Assembly: GCA_038239305.1 (NCBI GenBank)
Contig: JBBSEW010000015.1
Location: 66-64,065, forward strand
Direction of reading: 5' to 3'
Length of the DNA stretch: 64,000 nucleotides
Origin: Thermoanaerobaculia bacterium
GTDB taxonomy: Bacteria > Acidobacteriota > Thermoanaerobaculia > UBA5066 > Gp7-AA6
Shown here: positions 18,903 to 28,047 of the stretch, piece after piece
Layout of the letters: each line of letters opens with the position of its first letter
Position numbering within the stretch: position 1 is the first letter of the stretch
The notes under the pieces: model-generated
What the model was told of the DNA's origin: nothing
Database searches by the model: none
Seen by the model: the letters and a program-made list of their open reading frames with translations, nothing else
Translations under genes and position numbers: made by a program

Positions 18903-19945
18903 GACGCCTTCCTCGCGGCGGGCCCGCCGGCCGCGTCGAGCTCGCCGAACCGCTGCAGCAGGTCGAGCGCGCGATGCGCGTATCCGAAACCGGAGTCGAA
19001 CCAGGCGATGGTCTTCGAGACGCGATCCTGCATCGTCATCGTGGCGAGCGAGTCGAACACGCAGGAGTACGGGGATTGCGCGACGTCACTGGAAACGATC
19101 GGGTCGGCGTCCCAGTGCACATACCGGCTCCAGCGGTCCGTGGCAGCCGCGGTCCGAACGACCTCGTTGACGGCCGTTGCCGTGACTTTCTTCGGATGCC
19201 AGCAGACGAGGTCCACGAGCGACCCGTTGCGCACCGGCACGTTCATGGCGGTCCCCGTGATCCGCCCCGCGAGATCCGGCAGGAGCGCGTCCAGCATCGC
19301 GGGGGAGCGGGACGGCTGCGGGATGATGTTTTCGGCGGCCGCCCGGCCCCGCCGCTTGTCTTCCGAAGGCACGTCCGCGAGGCGGTGCTGGCTCGTGTAC
19401 GAGTGCACCGTCGTGAAGAGGGCGCGCTCGATGCCGAAGGCGTCAGCGAGCATCGTCAGGATCGGCGCCGCGCAGTGCACTGTCGAGGACGCGTTCGAGA
19501 CGATCTTCTGTTGCGACGAGAGCTGCGCGTCGTTGACACCCATGACGGCGACGATGTCGGGAGGATCGGACGGGTCGGGAGGAGCGAGCGAGATCACGCG
19601 CTTCGCTCCCGCGTCGAGATGTTTCGCGAGCTCCGCGCGAGGGCGGGGGCGCGACGTCGCTTCGAGAACCGTGTGGACGCCGAGATCTCCCCAGGGCGTC
19701 TGTGTTCCGCCGGCGTCGGACACGAGAGGGATCTGGCGCCCCCGGGAATAGATGTTCCCCTCGCGGATGGAGACTTCGTCCGGAAAGCGCCCGAGAACGG
19801 TGTCGAAGCGGAGGAGGTACTCGAGACCCGCGGGGTCGGCGATCTCGCTCACCGCTCCGATGCGGACGTCTTCCCTCGCGTAGAGCAGGCGGAAGAGGTT
19901 TCGGCCGATGCGGCCGAGGCCCCGGATGCCGACGGACAGTGTCAT
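18899..19945 (-). CDS. GAPDH-like paralog lacking the catalytic cysteine (putative pseudo-enzyme or altered function)
   Basis: C-terminal 348 aa of track ORF 18899..20872, from the ATG at 19945. Collinear with gap (IRGLGRIGR ... TTVHSYT ... AAAENIIP). The active site reads SNASSTVHCAAP instead of SNASCTTNCLAP. TTTGAARAV becomes QPSRSPAML. RVPV becomes NVPV. The stop overlaps the gap start (ATGA). Confidence 0.85.
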   Translation of the reverse strand: MTLSVGIRGLGRIGRNLFRLLYAREDVRIGAVSEIADPAGLEYLLRFDTVLGRFPDEVSIREGNIYSRGRQIPLVSDAGGTQTPWGDLGVHTVLEATSRPRPRAELAKHLDAGAKRVISLAPPDPSDPPDIVAVMGVNDAQLSSQQKIVSNASSTVHCAAPILTMLADAFGIERALFTTVHSYTSQHRLADVPSEDKRRGRAAAENIIPQPSRSPAMLDALLPDLAGRITGTAMNVPVRNGSLVDLVCWHPKKVTATAVNEVVRTAAATDRWSRYVHWDADPIVSSDVAQSPYSCVFDSLATMTMQDRVSKTIAWFDSGFGYAHRALDLLQRFGELDAAGGPAARKAS

Positions 19946-20113
19946 GGGTATTCCTCGAAATTCCGGGCGCGAGCGGCTCCCAGGATCGCGGGCCGCGAAG
20001 CGCGAGACCGGAGTATAGCGATTCGATCGCCGGGCGGGGTCGAGGGCGCCCGCCGATATACTTCGAGGCCTCCGGCGAGGTATGACCACCGGCACGTTCA
20101 CAAGGGGGGACCG

Positions 20114-20461
20114 ATGCTGGACCGGGCTTTCATCACGACCGCGTTCGATCTGCCGGGCTATCGAGTCGTCCGCAGTCTCGGTATCGTCCGCGGGATCACC
20201 GTACGGTCCCGCAGCATCGTCGGGACGATCGGCGCCGGCCTGCAGAGCCTCATCGGCGGCAACATCACGATCTGGTCGCAGCTCTGTGAGCACACGCGCG
20301 AGGAGGCGTTCGAGCTTCTCTCGCAGCACGCGGAGCAGATCGGCGCCAATGCCGTCATCGGGATGCGCTACGACGCAAACGAGATCGCCCAGGGGGTCGC
20401 GGAGGTCCTGGCATACGGCACGGCCGTTGTCGTCGAGCCAACGCCTTCCCCGGCGCATTGA
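20114..20461 (+). CDS. YbjQ/UPF0145 family protein
   Basis: ATG at 20114. ..TTAFDLPGYRVVRSLGIVRGITVRSRS ... GANAVIGMRYD.. is the typical YbjQ pattern. 115 aa. Confidence 0.85.
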   Translation: MLDRAFITTAFDLPGYRVVRSLGIVRGITVRSRSIVGTIGAGLQSLIGGNITIWSQLCEHTREEAFELLSQHAEQIGANAVIGMRYDANEIAQGVAEVLAYGTAVVVEPTPSPAH

Positions 20462-20485
20462 GTCCGATCGCGGTAAGGTGGCGGC

Positions 20486-23284
20486 ATGAAACTTCGACGC
20501 CTCAGGGCTCTCGGCTTCGGAATCGCGGCTCTTGTCGCTTCGCGTCTCGGAGCCGCCACATTCCCCGTGACGAGCATCGCCGATTCCGGCCCCGGCTCGC
20601 TCCGGGCAGCGATCCTGAACGCCAACGCGAATCCAGGTCCGGACACGATCTCGTTCGCCATTCCGGGAAGCTTCCTTCACACGATCGCGCCCGCGTCGGC
20701 GCTTCCGCAGATCACCGACCCGGTCGCAATCGACGGGACGACCCAGCCGGGTTACGCCGCCGACGCGCCAGTGATCGAGCTGTCCGGGGCAAGCGTCGGG
20801 ACCGGAGTGGATGGCCTCCACGTCTCGGCGGGAGGGACGGTGATCACCGGAATTGTGATCAACGGATTCCACCCCGTCTTTCTCGGCGGCGGAGGCAACG
20901 GGGTCGTGCTCGAGACCGGCGGTTCGAACCAGGTCGTGTCCTGCTTCATCGGAACGAATCCCGCGGGGTCGGCGGCGGTCGGGAACGCCACCGGAATCTC
21001 CATCCTGAACTCCTCCAATAACGTCGTCGGAGGCAGCGGAACGGGCGCCGGCGGCCTGATCTCGGGCAACGGCGTCGGCGTCGTCGTGAACGGGACGTCC
21101 TCGAACAATCGGATCGAAGGCAATCGGATCGGGACGAACCGCTCCGGGACGGCGGCGCTCGCGAACTCGGGAGACGGGGTCACGCTCTTTGCGGGCGACG
21201 GGAACAGGATCCTGAACAACACCATCTCCGGCAATGGCGGCAACGGCGTTTCGGTGACCGGCAGCGCGACCAATACCATCATCGGCGGAAACCGGCTCGG
21301 CAGCGACGTCACCGGGACGTCGTTCGTCAGCAACGGATCCGCCGGCATCACCGTCAGCGGATCAGGGGTGATGGGCACCATCATAGGTACCGGGCCGGCC
21401 GGCTCGCTCGGAAACCTCATTTCCGGCAACATCGTGAATGGCGTTTTCATGACCAATGGGACGACGGGCAATGTGCTGCGAGGCAATCTCATCGGAACCA
21501 ACGTCACCGGTGCCGTCGGGCTCGGTAACGGCGCGACGGCGGTCAGCGTCGTGACGGCGTCCGGAAATCAGATCCTCTCGAACGTGATCTCGGGGAACGG
21601 GACCAACGGTCTTCGCCTCCGGACCGGAGCCAACTCGAACATCGTGATGGGCAACTTCATCGGAACGAACGCGGCGGGCACGGCCACGATCGCCAACCTC
21701 GGCGATGGCGTGCAGATCAGCGACGGCTCGACGCAGAACATGATCGGAACCTCGGCTGGCGGAAACCTGATCTCGGGAAACTCCATCACGGGCATCCGGA
21801 TCGCGGACGCTGCCTCGACGGGAAACGTCGTCGCCCGAAACCAGATCGGGACGTCGGCCGACGGCGTGCAGCCGCTGCCGAACGGCGCCAACGGCGTGCT
21901 GATCGAGAACGGCGCCTCCGGCAATCAGATCGGGACCGTCTCCGATCCGAATCGGATCGCGTTCAACGCGGGCGCGGGCGTGTCCATCAGCTCCGGAAGT
22001 GGCAACGCGGTTCGGGCGAACTCCATCGCCGGCAACGGGGGGGCGGGGATATTCGTGACGGCGGGAACGGGAAACCTCCTGAGCCTGAACGCCATCTCCG
22101 GCAATGGCGCGCTCGGCATAGACCTCGCTCCCGCGGGCGTGACGCCGAATGACGCGGGCGATGCGGACACCGGCCCGAACCAGCTTCAGAATTTTCCGGT
22201 GCTGGCCTCGGCGTCCGCCGCGGGATCGGCGACGCACGTTCTCGGCTCGCTGACGAGCGCTGCCTCGACCACGTACCGCGTGGAATTCTTCGCGAACGCC
22301 GCCTGCGATGGCTCCGGAAACGGCGAGGGCCAGTTCCCGCTCGGAGGCGCCAATGTCCAGACCGACTCCAGCGGGATCGGCGTGATCGATGCGATCCTGA
22401 GCGCGTCCGCGATGGGACCGTGGATCACCGCGACGGCGACGGATCCGGCCGGCAACACGTCCGAGCTCTCCGCGTGCGTCATGCTTCCGGGACCGATCGT
22501 CACGGCGATCACGCCGACGTCCGGTCCCGCGGCGGGCGGCACTCCCGTCGCGATCAGCGGCATGGGATTCCAGAGCACGGTGACGGTGGCGATCGGAGGC
22601 GTGTCCGCGACGAGCCCCGCCGCGGTCGACGACACGCACGTTACCGCGGTCACGCCAGCGCTTTCACCCGGCGCACTCTACGACGTGACGGTGACCAACG
22701 CCGACCTCCTGACCGGGACGCTGCCCAAGGGATGGTTCGCGGACTTCCTGGACGTCCCCGGCTCGCACCCGTTCCACAACTTCGTCGAGACGATCGTTCG
22801 CAAGGGCGTGGCGGTCGGCTGCGGCTCCGGCTACTACTGCGTCAACGATCCGGTCACGCGGGCCCAGGTCGCCGTCATGCTCCTCCGGGCGCACGACGGC
22901 CCGACGTACGTGCCGCCGCCTGCGACCGGGACGGTCTTCGCGGATGTTCCGGCCAACGGGTTTGCCGCCGCCTGGATCGAGCAGCTCGCCGCGCGCTCCG
23001 TCACGGCGGGTTGCGGAGGCGGCAACTACTGTCCGGCCACGCCGATCACGCGCGCGCAGATGTCCGTCTTCCTCCTGCGCATGGCGCACGGAGCGGCGTA
23101 CGTTCCGCCGGACGCGACCGGTATCTTTACCGACGTTCCGATCACGAGCCCGTACGCCCGCTGGGTCGAGGAGCTTTTCCACGAGGGAGTCACGGCGGGC
23201 TGCGGCGGCGGGAATTTCTGCCCGGACAGCCCCAACGCGAGGGGCCAGATGGCGGTCTTCCTGGTGGCGGAGTTCAGCCTCTGA
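20486..23284 (+). CDS. secreted right-handed parallel beta-helix repeat protein with an IPT/TIG-like domain and three C-terminal SLH-like repeats
   Basis: Signal peptide. Dozens of about 22-aa repeats (..N.ISGNG.NGV..). TAITPTSGPAAGGTPVAISGMGF (IPT/TIG-like). Three repeats of F.DVP...F...IE.L...GVTAGCGGGNYCP...TRAQM.VFLLR. Confidence 0.85.
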   Translation: MKLRRLRALGFGIAALVASRLGAATFPVTSIADSGPGSLRAAILNANANPGPDTISFAIPGSFLHTIAPASALPQITDPVAIDGTTQPGYAADAPVIELSGASVGTGVDGLHVSAGGTVITGIVINGFHPVFLGGGGNGVVLETGGSNQVVSCFIGTNPAGSAAVGNATGISILNSSNNVVGGSGTGAGGLISGNGVGVVVNGTSSNNRIEGNRIGTNRSGTAALANSGDGVTLFAGDGNRILNNTISGNGGNGVSVTGSATNTIIGGNRLGSDVTGTSFVSNGSAGITVSGSGVMGTIIGTGPAGSLGNLISGNIVNGVFMTNGTTGNVLRGNLIGTNVTGAVGLGNGATAVSVVTASGNQILSNVISGNGTNGLRLRTGANSNIVMGNFIGTNAAGTATIANLGDGVQISDGSTQNMIGTSAGGNLISGNSITGIRIADAASTGNVVARNQIGTSADGVQPLPNGANGVLIENGASGNQIGTVSDPNRIAFNAGAGVSISSGSGNAVRANSIAGNGGAGIFVTAGTGNLLSLNAISGNGALGIDLAPAGVTPNDAGDADTGPNQLQNFPVLASASAAGSATHVLGSLTSAASTTYRVEFFANAACDGSGNGEGQFPLGGANVQTDSSGIGVIDAILSASAMGPWITATATDPAGNTSELSACVMLPGPIVTAITPTSGPAAGGTPVAISGMGFQSTVTVAIGGVSATSPAAVDDTHVTAVTPALSPGALYDVTVTNADLLTGTLPKGWFADFLDVPGSHPFHNFVETIVRKGVAVGCGSGYYCVNDPVTRAQVAVMLLRAHDGPTYVPPPATGTVFADVPANGFAAAWIEQLAARSVTAGCGGGNYCPATPITRAQMSVFLLRMAHGAAYVPPDATGIFTDVPITSPYARWVEELFHEGVTAGCGGGNFCPDSPNARGQMAVFLVAEFSL

Positions 23285-23312
23285 CCCGACGGCCGGTCTA
23301 GCGTCTCTTCGG

Positions 23313-24902
23313 CTACTTCGATTTTTTCGGCGCCGGAGGCTGGCTCTCCTCAAACCACTTTCGCGCGTCGATCAGCTTGAGCTTCGAGCCCTCCGTCTCG
23401 ATGTCGAGACCGAGGGCCAGAAGCTTCGACTCGAGCAGGAAGGCGCCGGTCTTCGCCGCGCCGCGAACGTGGAGACGGCCGCGAATCCGAAAAGCGCCTC
23501 CGGTCGCCTCCAGGCCTTCGACGTCGGTGACGCGCTTTCCGAAGCCGACGGCGCCTCGAGCGTCGATTCCCTCGAGACGGAGGACGCCCTGCGCCCATCC
23601 GGGAAGACCGACCTGGAAGAGAGTGAAGAGCGGGCGGGCATCGCGCGCGCGAACGGTCACGTTCGCCCGAAACGCGGCGGGCCGGTCGTCGCGGATGGTC
23701 GCGGACGGCAGGTCGAAGTGTCCCCACCACGCCTGGGAGTCGGGCCCCGGGTCCGCGACCGTGGCGTTGCGTACGTCGATCGCGGTCCCGCCGAAATCGA
23801 TACGGTCGTGCTCCAGGTCCCAATGGCGGATCGGCATCTGGATGGTCACGTCCGCGGCGATGCGGGCGGCCGGTTCGCGATAGAGGGCTCCGACGCGGCG
23901 GCTCTTCATCCGGAGCTCTCCGACTCCCTTTCCGGATTCGACGTCGAGAGCCAGGTGAACCGTTCCTGCGCCTCCGGAGAGTTTCGGATCCGGGTCCGGC
24001 TCCAGGAAATAATTCAGGAAGGCCAGGCCCGCCAGCGGACCGTCGAGAGCCGCCTTTCCCGTGATGTACGGCCACACGGCGTCTCCGTGGACGGTCTGCG
24101 CGTCGAACCGCCGGATCACGGCCTCCGTCACGAACGTGAGGGGACCCGCCACCCGGTCCGTTCCGAGCGAGAGATCCGCCTGCGCCATCTCGATGCGAGC
24201 CGGGCCGATCCGCGCGGAATGGCGCGGGTACAGATCGAACGAGCCGGTGAGCGTGCCGTGCGCACCGGCGCCGGCCAGGCGCCAGGTATCGATCCAGATT
24301 TCGTGCACGTTGCGGACTTGGAGGTCGTCGATCCGGACGTGGAAGGGGCCGGACGACTTTCCCGGCGTGGCGGGCCGGGACGCGTGTGCGTTCGCTTTTG
24401 AGGCAGACGGCGGGTCGTCGCGCCGGGAAACTCTGCCGAATCCGGGGATCGCCGGCAACGCCGCGGTGTGCGACGGGGAGGCCTTGGCGTCTTCCCGCAC
24501 CCGCAGGAGAAACACGAGGCCGTCGCCGCGCACGCGGGTCGCATGAAACCGCTTTGCGAGAAGCGCGATCGGATCGAACGAGAGCCGCACGTCGTCCATG
24601 CGAAACCACCACTCGACGTTGGAATCGCGGCAGCGGAGCTCGAGCCCGGTCACGTGCACGTCCCACGGGAACCAGCCGGATGCGGAACGGTACTCGAGCC
24701 GCAGTTTCTCCGGATCTCCGTTGACCCACTCGCGCAGCTTTCCGGTTGTGAGAACGCGATGCATGGTGAACGATGCCGCGCCCGCGACCAGCAGAGCGAG
24801 GAGAAGGACGACCCCACAGACGAGGGCAGCGATGCGCCCGAAGCGAGCGCGAAATCGCGATCGTCCGGCCCGCGGTTTCGGGCTTCGAGGCTTCTCCTTC
24901 AT
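23313..24902 (-). CDS. hypothetical membrane-anchored protein (529 aa)
   Basis: ATG start. Basic N-terminus followed by the TM IAALVCGVVLLLALLVAGAASF. Coding-like composition. No family recognised with confidence. Confidence 0.65.
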   Translation of the reverse strand: MKEKPRSPKPRAGRSRFRARFGRIAALVCGVVLLLALLVAGAASFTMHRVLTTGKLREWVNGDPEKLRLEYRSASGWFPWDVHVTGLELRCRDSNVEWWFRMDDVRLSFDPIALLAKRFHATRVRGDGLVFLLRVREDAKASPSHTAALPAIPGFGRVSRRDDPPSASKANAHASRPATPGKSSGPFHVRIDDLQVRNVHEIWIDTWRLAGAGAHGTLTGSFDLYPRHSARIGPARIEMAQADLSLGTDRVAGPLTFVTEAVIRRFDAQTVHGDAVWPYITGKAALDGPLAGLAFLNYFLEPDPDPKLSGGAGTVHLALDVESGKGVGELRMKSRRVGALYREPAARIAADVTIQMPIRHWDLEHDRIDFGGTAIDVRNATVADPGPDSQAWWGHFDLPSATIRDDRPAAFRANVTVRARDARPLFTLFQVGLPGWAQGVLRLEGIDARGAVGFGKRVTDVEGLEATGGAFRIRGRLHVRGAAKTGAFLLESKLLALGLDIETEGSKLKLIDARKWFEESQPPAPKKSK

Positions 24903-24973
24903 GACTCGCTCAGGATCCGTCCCCGTAAACCGGGGCCTCGGCCTCGTCGTCCAATCGAGCGAAGGGGGTCACC

Positions 24974-25330
24974 ATGAAGAAAGAAACAATGGCTCGCGCC
25001 GTGGCGAAGGCGGGCGCGACGGCTCTGATCGGTCTTTTCAGTCTCTTCGGTCTTTTTTGCGCCTCGGCGGCGCTCGGCGACGGTCCGATCCGGGAGCGCC
25101 AGGAGCGCCAGCAGCAACGGATCGCCCGGGGAGTCGGGAGCGGCCAGCTCACGCCGCGCGAAACGTCTCGCCTCGAGCGGCGCGAAGGCGCGCTGAACCG
25201 CGAGGAGCGCGGGATGCGCGCTCAGGATGGCGGGCGGCTCACAGGGCGGGACCGGCGTGTCCTGGACCGCCAGCAGGACCGGCTCTCGCGCGGCATCTAC
25301 TCGCAGAAGCACGACGCGCAGCACTCGTAG
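24974..25330 (+). CDS. small secreted Arg/Glu/Gln-rich protein
   Basis: ATG after gaaggggg. Signal peptide ATALIGLFSLFGLFCASAALG. Followed by a strong terminator. Confidence 0.65.
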   Translation: MKKETMARAVAKAGATALIGLFSLFGLFCASAALGDGPIRERQERQQQRIARGVGSGQLTPRETSRLERREGALNREERGMRAQDGGRLTGRDRRVLDRQQDRLSRGIYSQKHDAQHS

Positions 25331-25354
25331 CGGGAATCTTCCTCCTCCCGGTAC

Positions 25355-25385
25355 GGCCCCCGGCGATCCGGGGGCCCTTTTTTTT
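25355..25385 (+). terminator. rho-independent terminator
   Basis: ggcccccgg cgat ccgggggcc (9-bp perfect GC stem) followed by c and 8 T residues. Confidence 0.85.
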
Positions 25386-25422
25386 GGGCGTCGTTCCCGC
25401 TTGGACCTCTCTTCGTCGTTCG

Positions 25423-26124
25423 TCACCAGGGTTGCTCTTTCCCCCGGTAGTCGAAGAAGCCGCCGCTCTCCTTGGGCGTGGTGCGGTCGATCACGTCGAG
25501 CATTCCTCTCACGCTCTTTTCGGGGGAAAGCGGAGCGCCGGGACCGCCCATCTCTGTCTGGACCCAGCCCGGCGACAGCACCACGCACACATATCGCCTG
25601 TCCGCCAGCTCTCCGGCCAGGGTCCGCACGAACATGTTGAGCGCCGCCTTGCTCGCGCGGTATCCGTACCAGCCGCCGTTGCTGTGGGCGATCGACGCGA
25701 GGCCGCTCGTGATGCCGACGACGGTGCGCCGGCGTCCTCGCTCCAGGTTCGGAAGGAGGGCGCGCGTCAGGAGCATCGGTCCGATCGTATTGATCCGGAA
25801 GAACCGCTCGAGCTCGACCGGATCGATCTTCTCGACGGAGTTCGCACCGTCTCCGGTCCCGGCGTTGTGAATCAGGACGTCGATGCGCTCTCCCTGAAGC
25901 GCAGAGGCCAACCGGCCGATGCTGGCGGCATCCGCGATGTCGAGCTCTTCCACCCGGGCGCCCGACGCCGCGAGGTCGGCTGCCGCGTCGGGGAACCGCG
26001 CCGTCCCGATGACCCGCTGCCCGCGGACAGCGAGCTCCCGCGCGAAGGCCAGCCCGATCCCCCGGTTGGCGCCGGTGACGAGCCAGGTCCCGTTTTTCTT
26101 CGAATCTTCGTCGCGTGTCTTCAT
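25423..26124 (-). CDS. short-chain dehydrogenase/reductase (SDR)
   Basis: WLVTGANRGIGLAFARELAVRG (TGxxxGIG). YRASKAALN (Y-x3-K). Confidence 0.9.
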   Translation of the reverse strand: MKTRDEDSKKNGTWLVTGANRGIGLAFARELAVRGQRVIGTARFPDAAADLAASGARVEELDIADAASIGRLASALQGERIDVLIHNAGTGDGANSVEKIDPVELERFFRINTIGPMLLTRALLPNLERGRRRTVVGITSGLASIAHSNGGWYGYRASKAALNMFVRTLAGELADRRYVCVVLSPGWVQTEMGGPGAPLSPEKSVRGMLDVIDRTTPKESGGFFDYRGKEQPW

Positions 26125-26217
26125 GATCCTCCCGGCCTGAAGCGTTTGTGAACAAGGACCGTGCCATGTCGACCGGGCAAGCGGGAACTTTGTCCCCGTT
26201 TATCCGTTACAAGGGAC

Positions 26218-27198
26218 ATGGACGAGCTGCCCATCGAGGCTCGAGGTCTGCGCAAGGTATACCGATCCCGGTTCGGCAGCCGGACCGTGCGGGCCTTGGA
26301 CGGCCTCGACCTGGACGTCCGGCGCGGCGAGCTCTTCGGACTTCTCGGCCCGAACGGCGCGGGCAAGACCACGACCGTGAAGATCCTTCTCGGTCTGACC
26401 CGGTCGACGGAAGGGGAGGCGCGGCTCTTTGGAATTCCGGTCGCGAATCCCGCGAGCCGGAGACGCGTCGGATACCTGCCCGAGGGGCATCGATTCCCCG
26501 GCTACCTCACGGCCGGCGAGACGCTCGCGATCTTCGGCCGGATGTCGGGCATGAGCCGTGCCTCGATCCGGGACCGGATCGATCCTCTTCTCTCGCGCGT
26601 CGGGCTCTCCGCATGGCGCGATGTGCGGGTGAAGAAGTTTTCGAAGGGAATGACGCAGCGGCTCGGGCTGGCCGCAGCCCTCGTGCACGAGCCGAACGTG
26701 CTCCTGCTGGATGAGCCGACCGACGGCGTCGATCCGGTCGGGCGGCGCGAGATCCGCGATCTCCTGCGCGACGAGGCGTCCCGCGGGCGCGCCGTGCTCC
26801 TCAATTCGCACCTCCTCTCCGAGATCGAGCAGACCTGCGACCGCGTGGCGGTGCTGCGGGGAGGGCGCGTCGTCGCCCAGGGCACGATCGCAGACCTGAC
26901 GGCCGAGACGTCGCGCTACCGGATGACGCTCGCCTCGGCGGGCCCCGTCGACGAATCGCTCCTTGCTTCGATGCGGGAGACGGGGGCGCAGGTCATGAGG
27001 GTGAACGGCCACCTCGAGCTCTCGACGCGGGATCTCGAACAGTTGAACGCCGTCGTCGACAGGGTTCGCGGCCGGGGAGTGCTTCTGTCCGAGCTCGCGC
27101 CGATTCGGGCGAGCCTGGAGGATGTCTTCGTCGGCCTCGTCCGGCCCGCGGACGCGGTCTCCGGGGACGCGACGCCCGTGGGCGGGGAGAGAACATGA
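26218..27198 (+). CDS. ABC transporter ATP-binding protein (ABC-2/DrrA-like)
   Basis: ATG at 26218 (MDELPIEARGLRKVY). Walker A GPNGAGKTT. Signature FSKGMTQRL. Walker B LLLDEPT. H-loop NSHLL. Confidence 0.9.
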   Translation: MDELPIEARGLRKVYRSRFGSRTVRALDGLDLDVRRGELFGLLGPNGAGKTTTVKILLGLTRSTEGEARLFGIPVANPASRRRVGYLPEGHRFPGYLTAGETLAIFGRMSGMSRASIRDRIDPLLSRVGLSAWRDVRVKKFSKGMTQRLGLAAALVHEPNVLLLDEPTDGVDPVGRREIRDLLRDEASRGRAVLLNSHLLSEIEQTCDRVAVLRGGRVVAQGTIADLTAETSRYRMTLASAGPVDESLLASMRETGAQVMRVNGHLELSTRDLEQLNAVVDRVRGRGVLLSELAPIRASLEDVFVGLVRPADAVSGDATPVGGERT

Positions 27199-28046
27199 GA
27201 GCGCTCGGAGCCAGCATCGAGGAGGTCTTTCGGGAGGCGGCCGCGCGCTGGACGCTCATTGCGTACTTCGCGCTGTCCACGCTCTTCATTCTGCTGTTCG
27301 CGACGGCGGTCAACCTCGACATCGTCAACGGAGCCCTGGCCGGCGCGAAGCTCTTCGGGCAGTCGGTCGAGTTCGGCCGCCAGTCCGTCGATATCGACCG
27401 GCTGGTTCTCGGATTCGAGTCCGGATTCTCGGGATTCCTCTTCCTCATCGGGACGTTTCTCGCCCTGTTCGCGACCGCCCATCTCGTGCCGCGCCTGCAG
27501 GAGAAAGGGACGATCGATCTCTACCTGTCCCGGCCCGTCGGGCGCGTGCCGTTGCTCCTGTCCCGCTATGTCGCGGGCCTCCTGCTCGCGGCGGCCAACC
27601 TCGTGTACCTGATCGGGTCGATGTGGCTCATCATCGTCTGGAAGACGCACATCGCGCACGGGCGGTTCTTCCTGGCCGGCGTATCGATCCTCTTCACGTT
27701 TGCCGTATTGCTCTCGTTCGCCTTCCTCGTCGGAGTCGTCACGTCGTCGACGGGCGTCTCGCTCATGGCCACGTACGCCATCTTCTTCTTCTCCGCCATC
27801 CTCGCCGCACATGCGAAGATCTCGGCGGCGATGTCCAAGGAGTGGGCCGCGCGGCTCGTGGATGGCCTCTACTGGGTCTTTCCGAAAACGGCGGAGCTCG
27901 GCCGGGCGACGGTCGATCACGTTTCGGGAGGAAGTTTCTCGAAGCTTGGACAGGTCGACATGGTCGCGGTGTACGGCACTTCCGCTCTTTTCGGACTCGC
28001 GTCGCTCTCGCTCGCTTGCTGGCTCTTTTCCAGAAAGGACTTCTGA
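27195..28046 (+). CDS. ABC-2-type transporter permease
   Basis: ATGA overlap with the ATPase gene. About 6 hydrophobic helices. Confidence 0.75.
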   Translation: MRALGASIEEVFREAAARWTLIAYFALSTLFILLFATAVNLDIVNGALAGAKLFGQSVEFGRQSVDIDRLVLGFESGFSGFLFLIGTFLALFATAHLVPRLQEKGTIDLYLSRPVGRVPLLLSRYVAGLLLAAANLVYLIGSMWLIIVWKTHIAHGRFFLAGVSILFTFAVLLSFAFLVGVVTSSTGVSLMATYAIFFFSAILAAHAKISAAMSKEWAARLVDGLYWVFPKTAELGRATVDHVSGGSFSKLGQVDMVAVYGTSALFGLASLSLACWLFSRKDF

Positions 28047-28047
28047 C

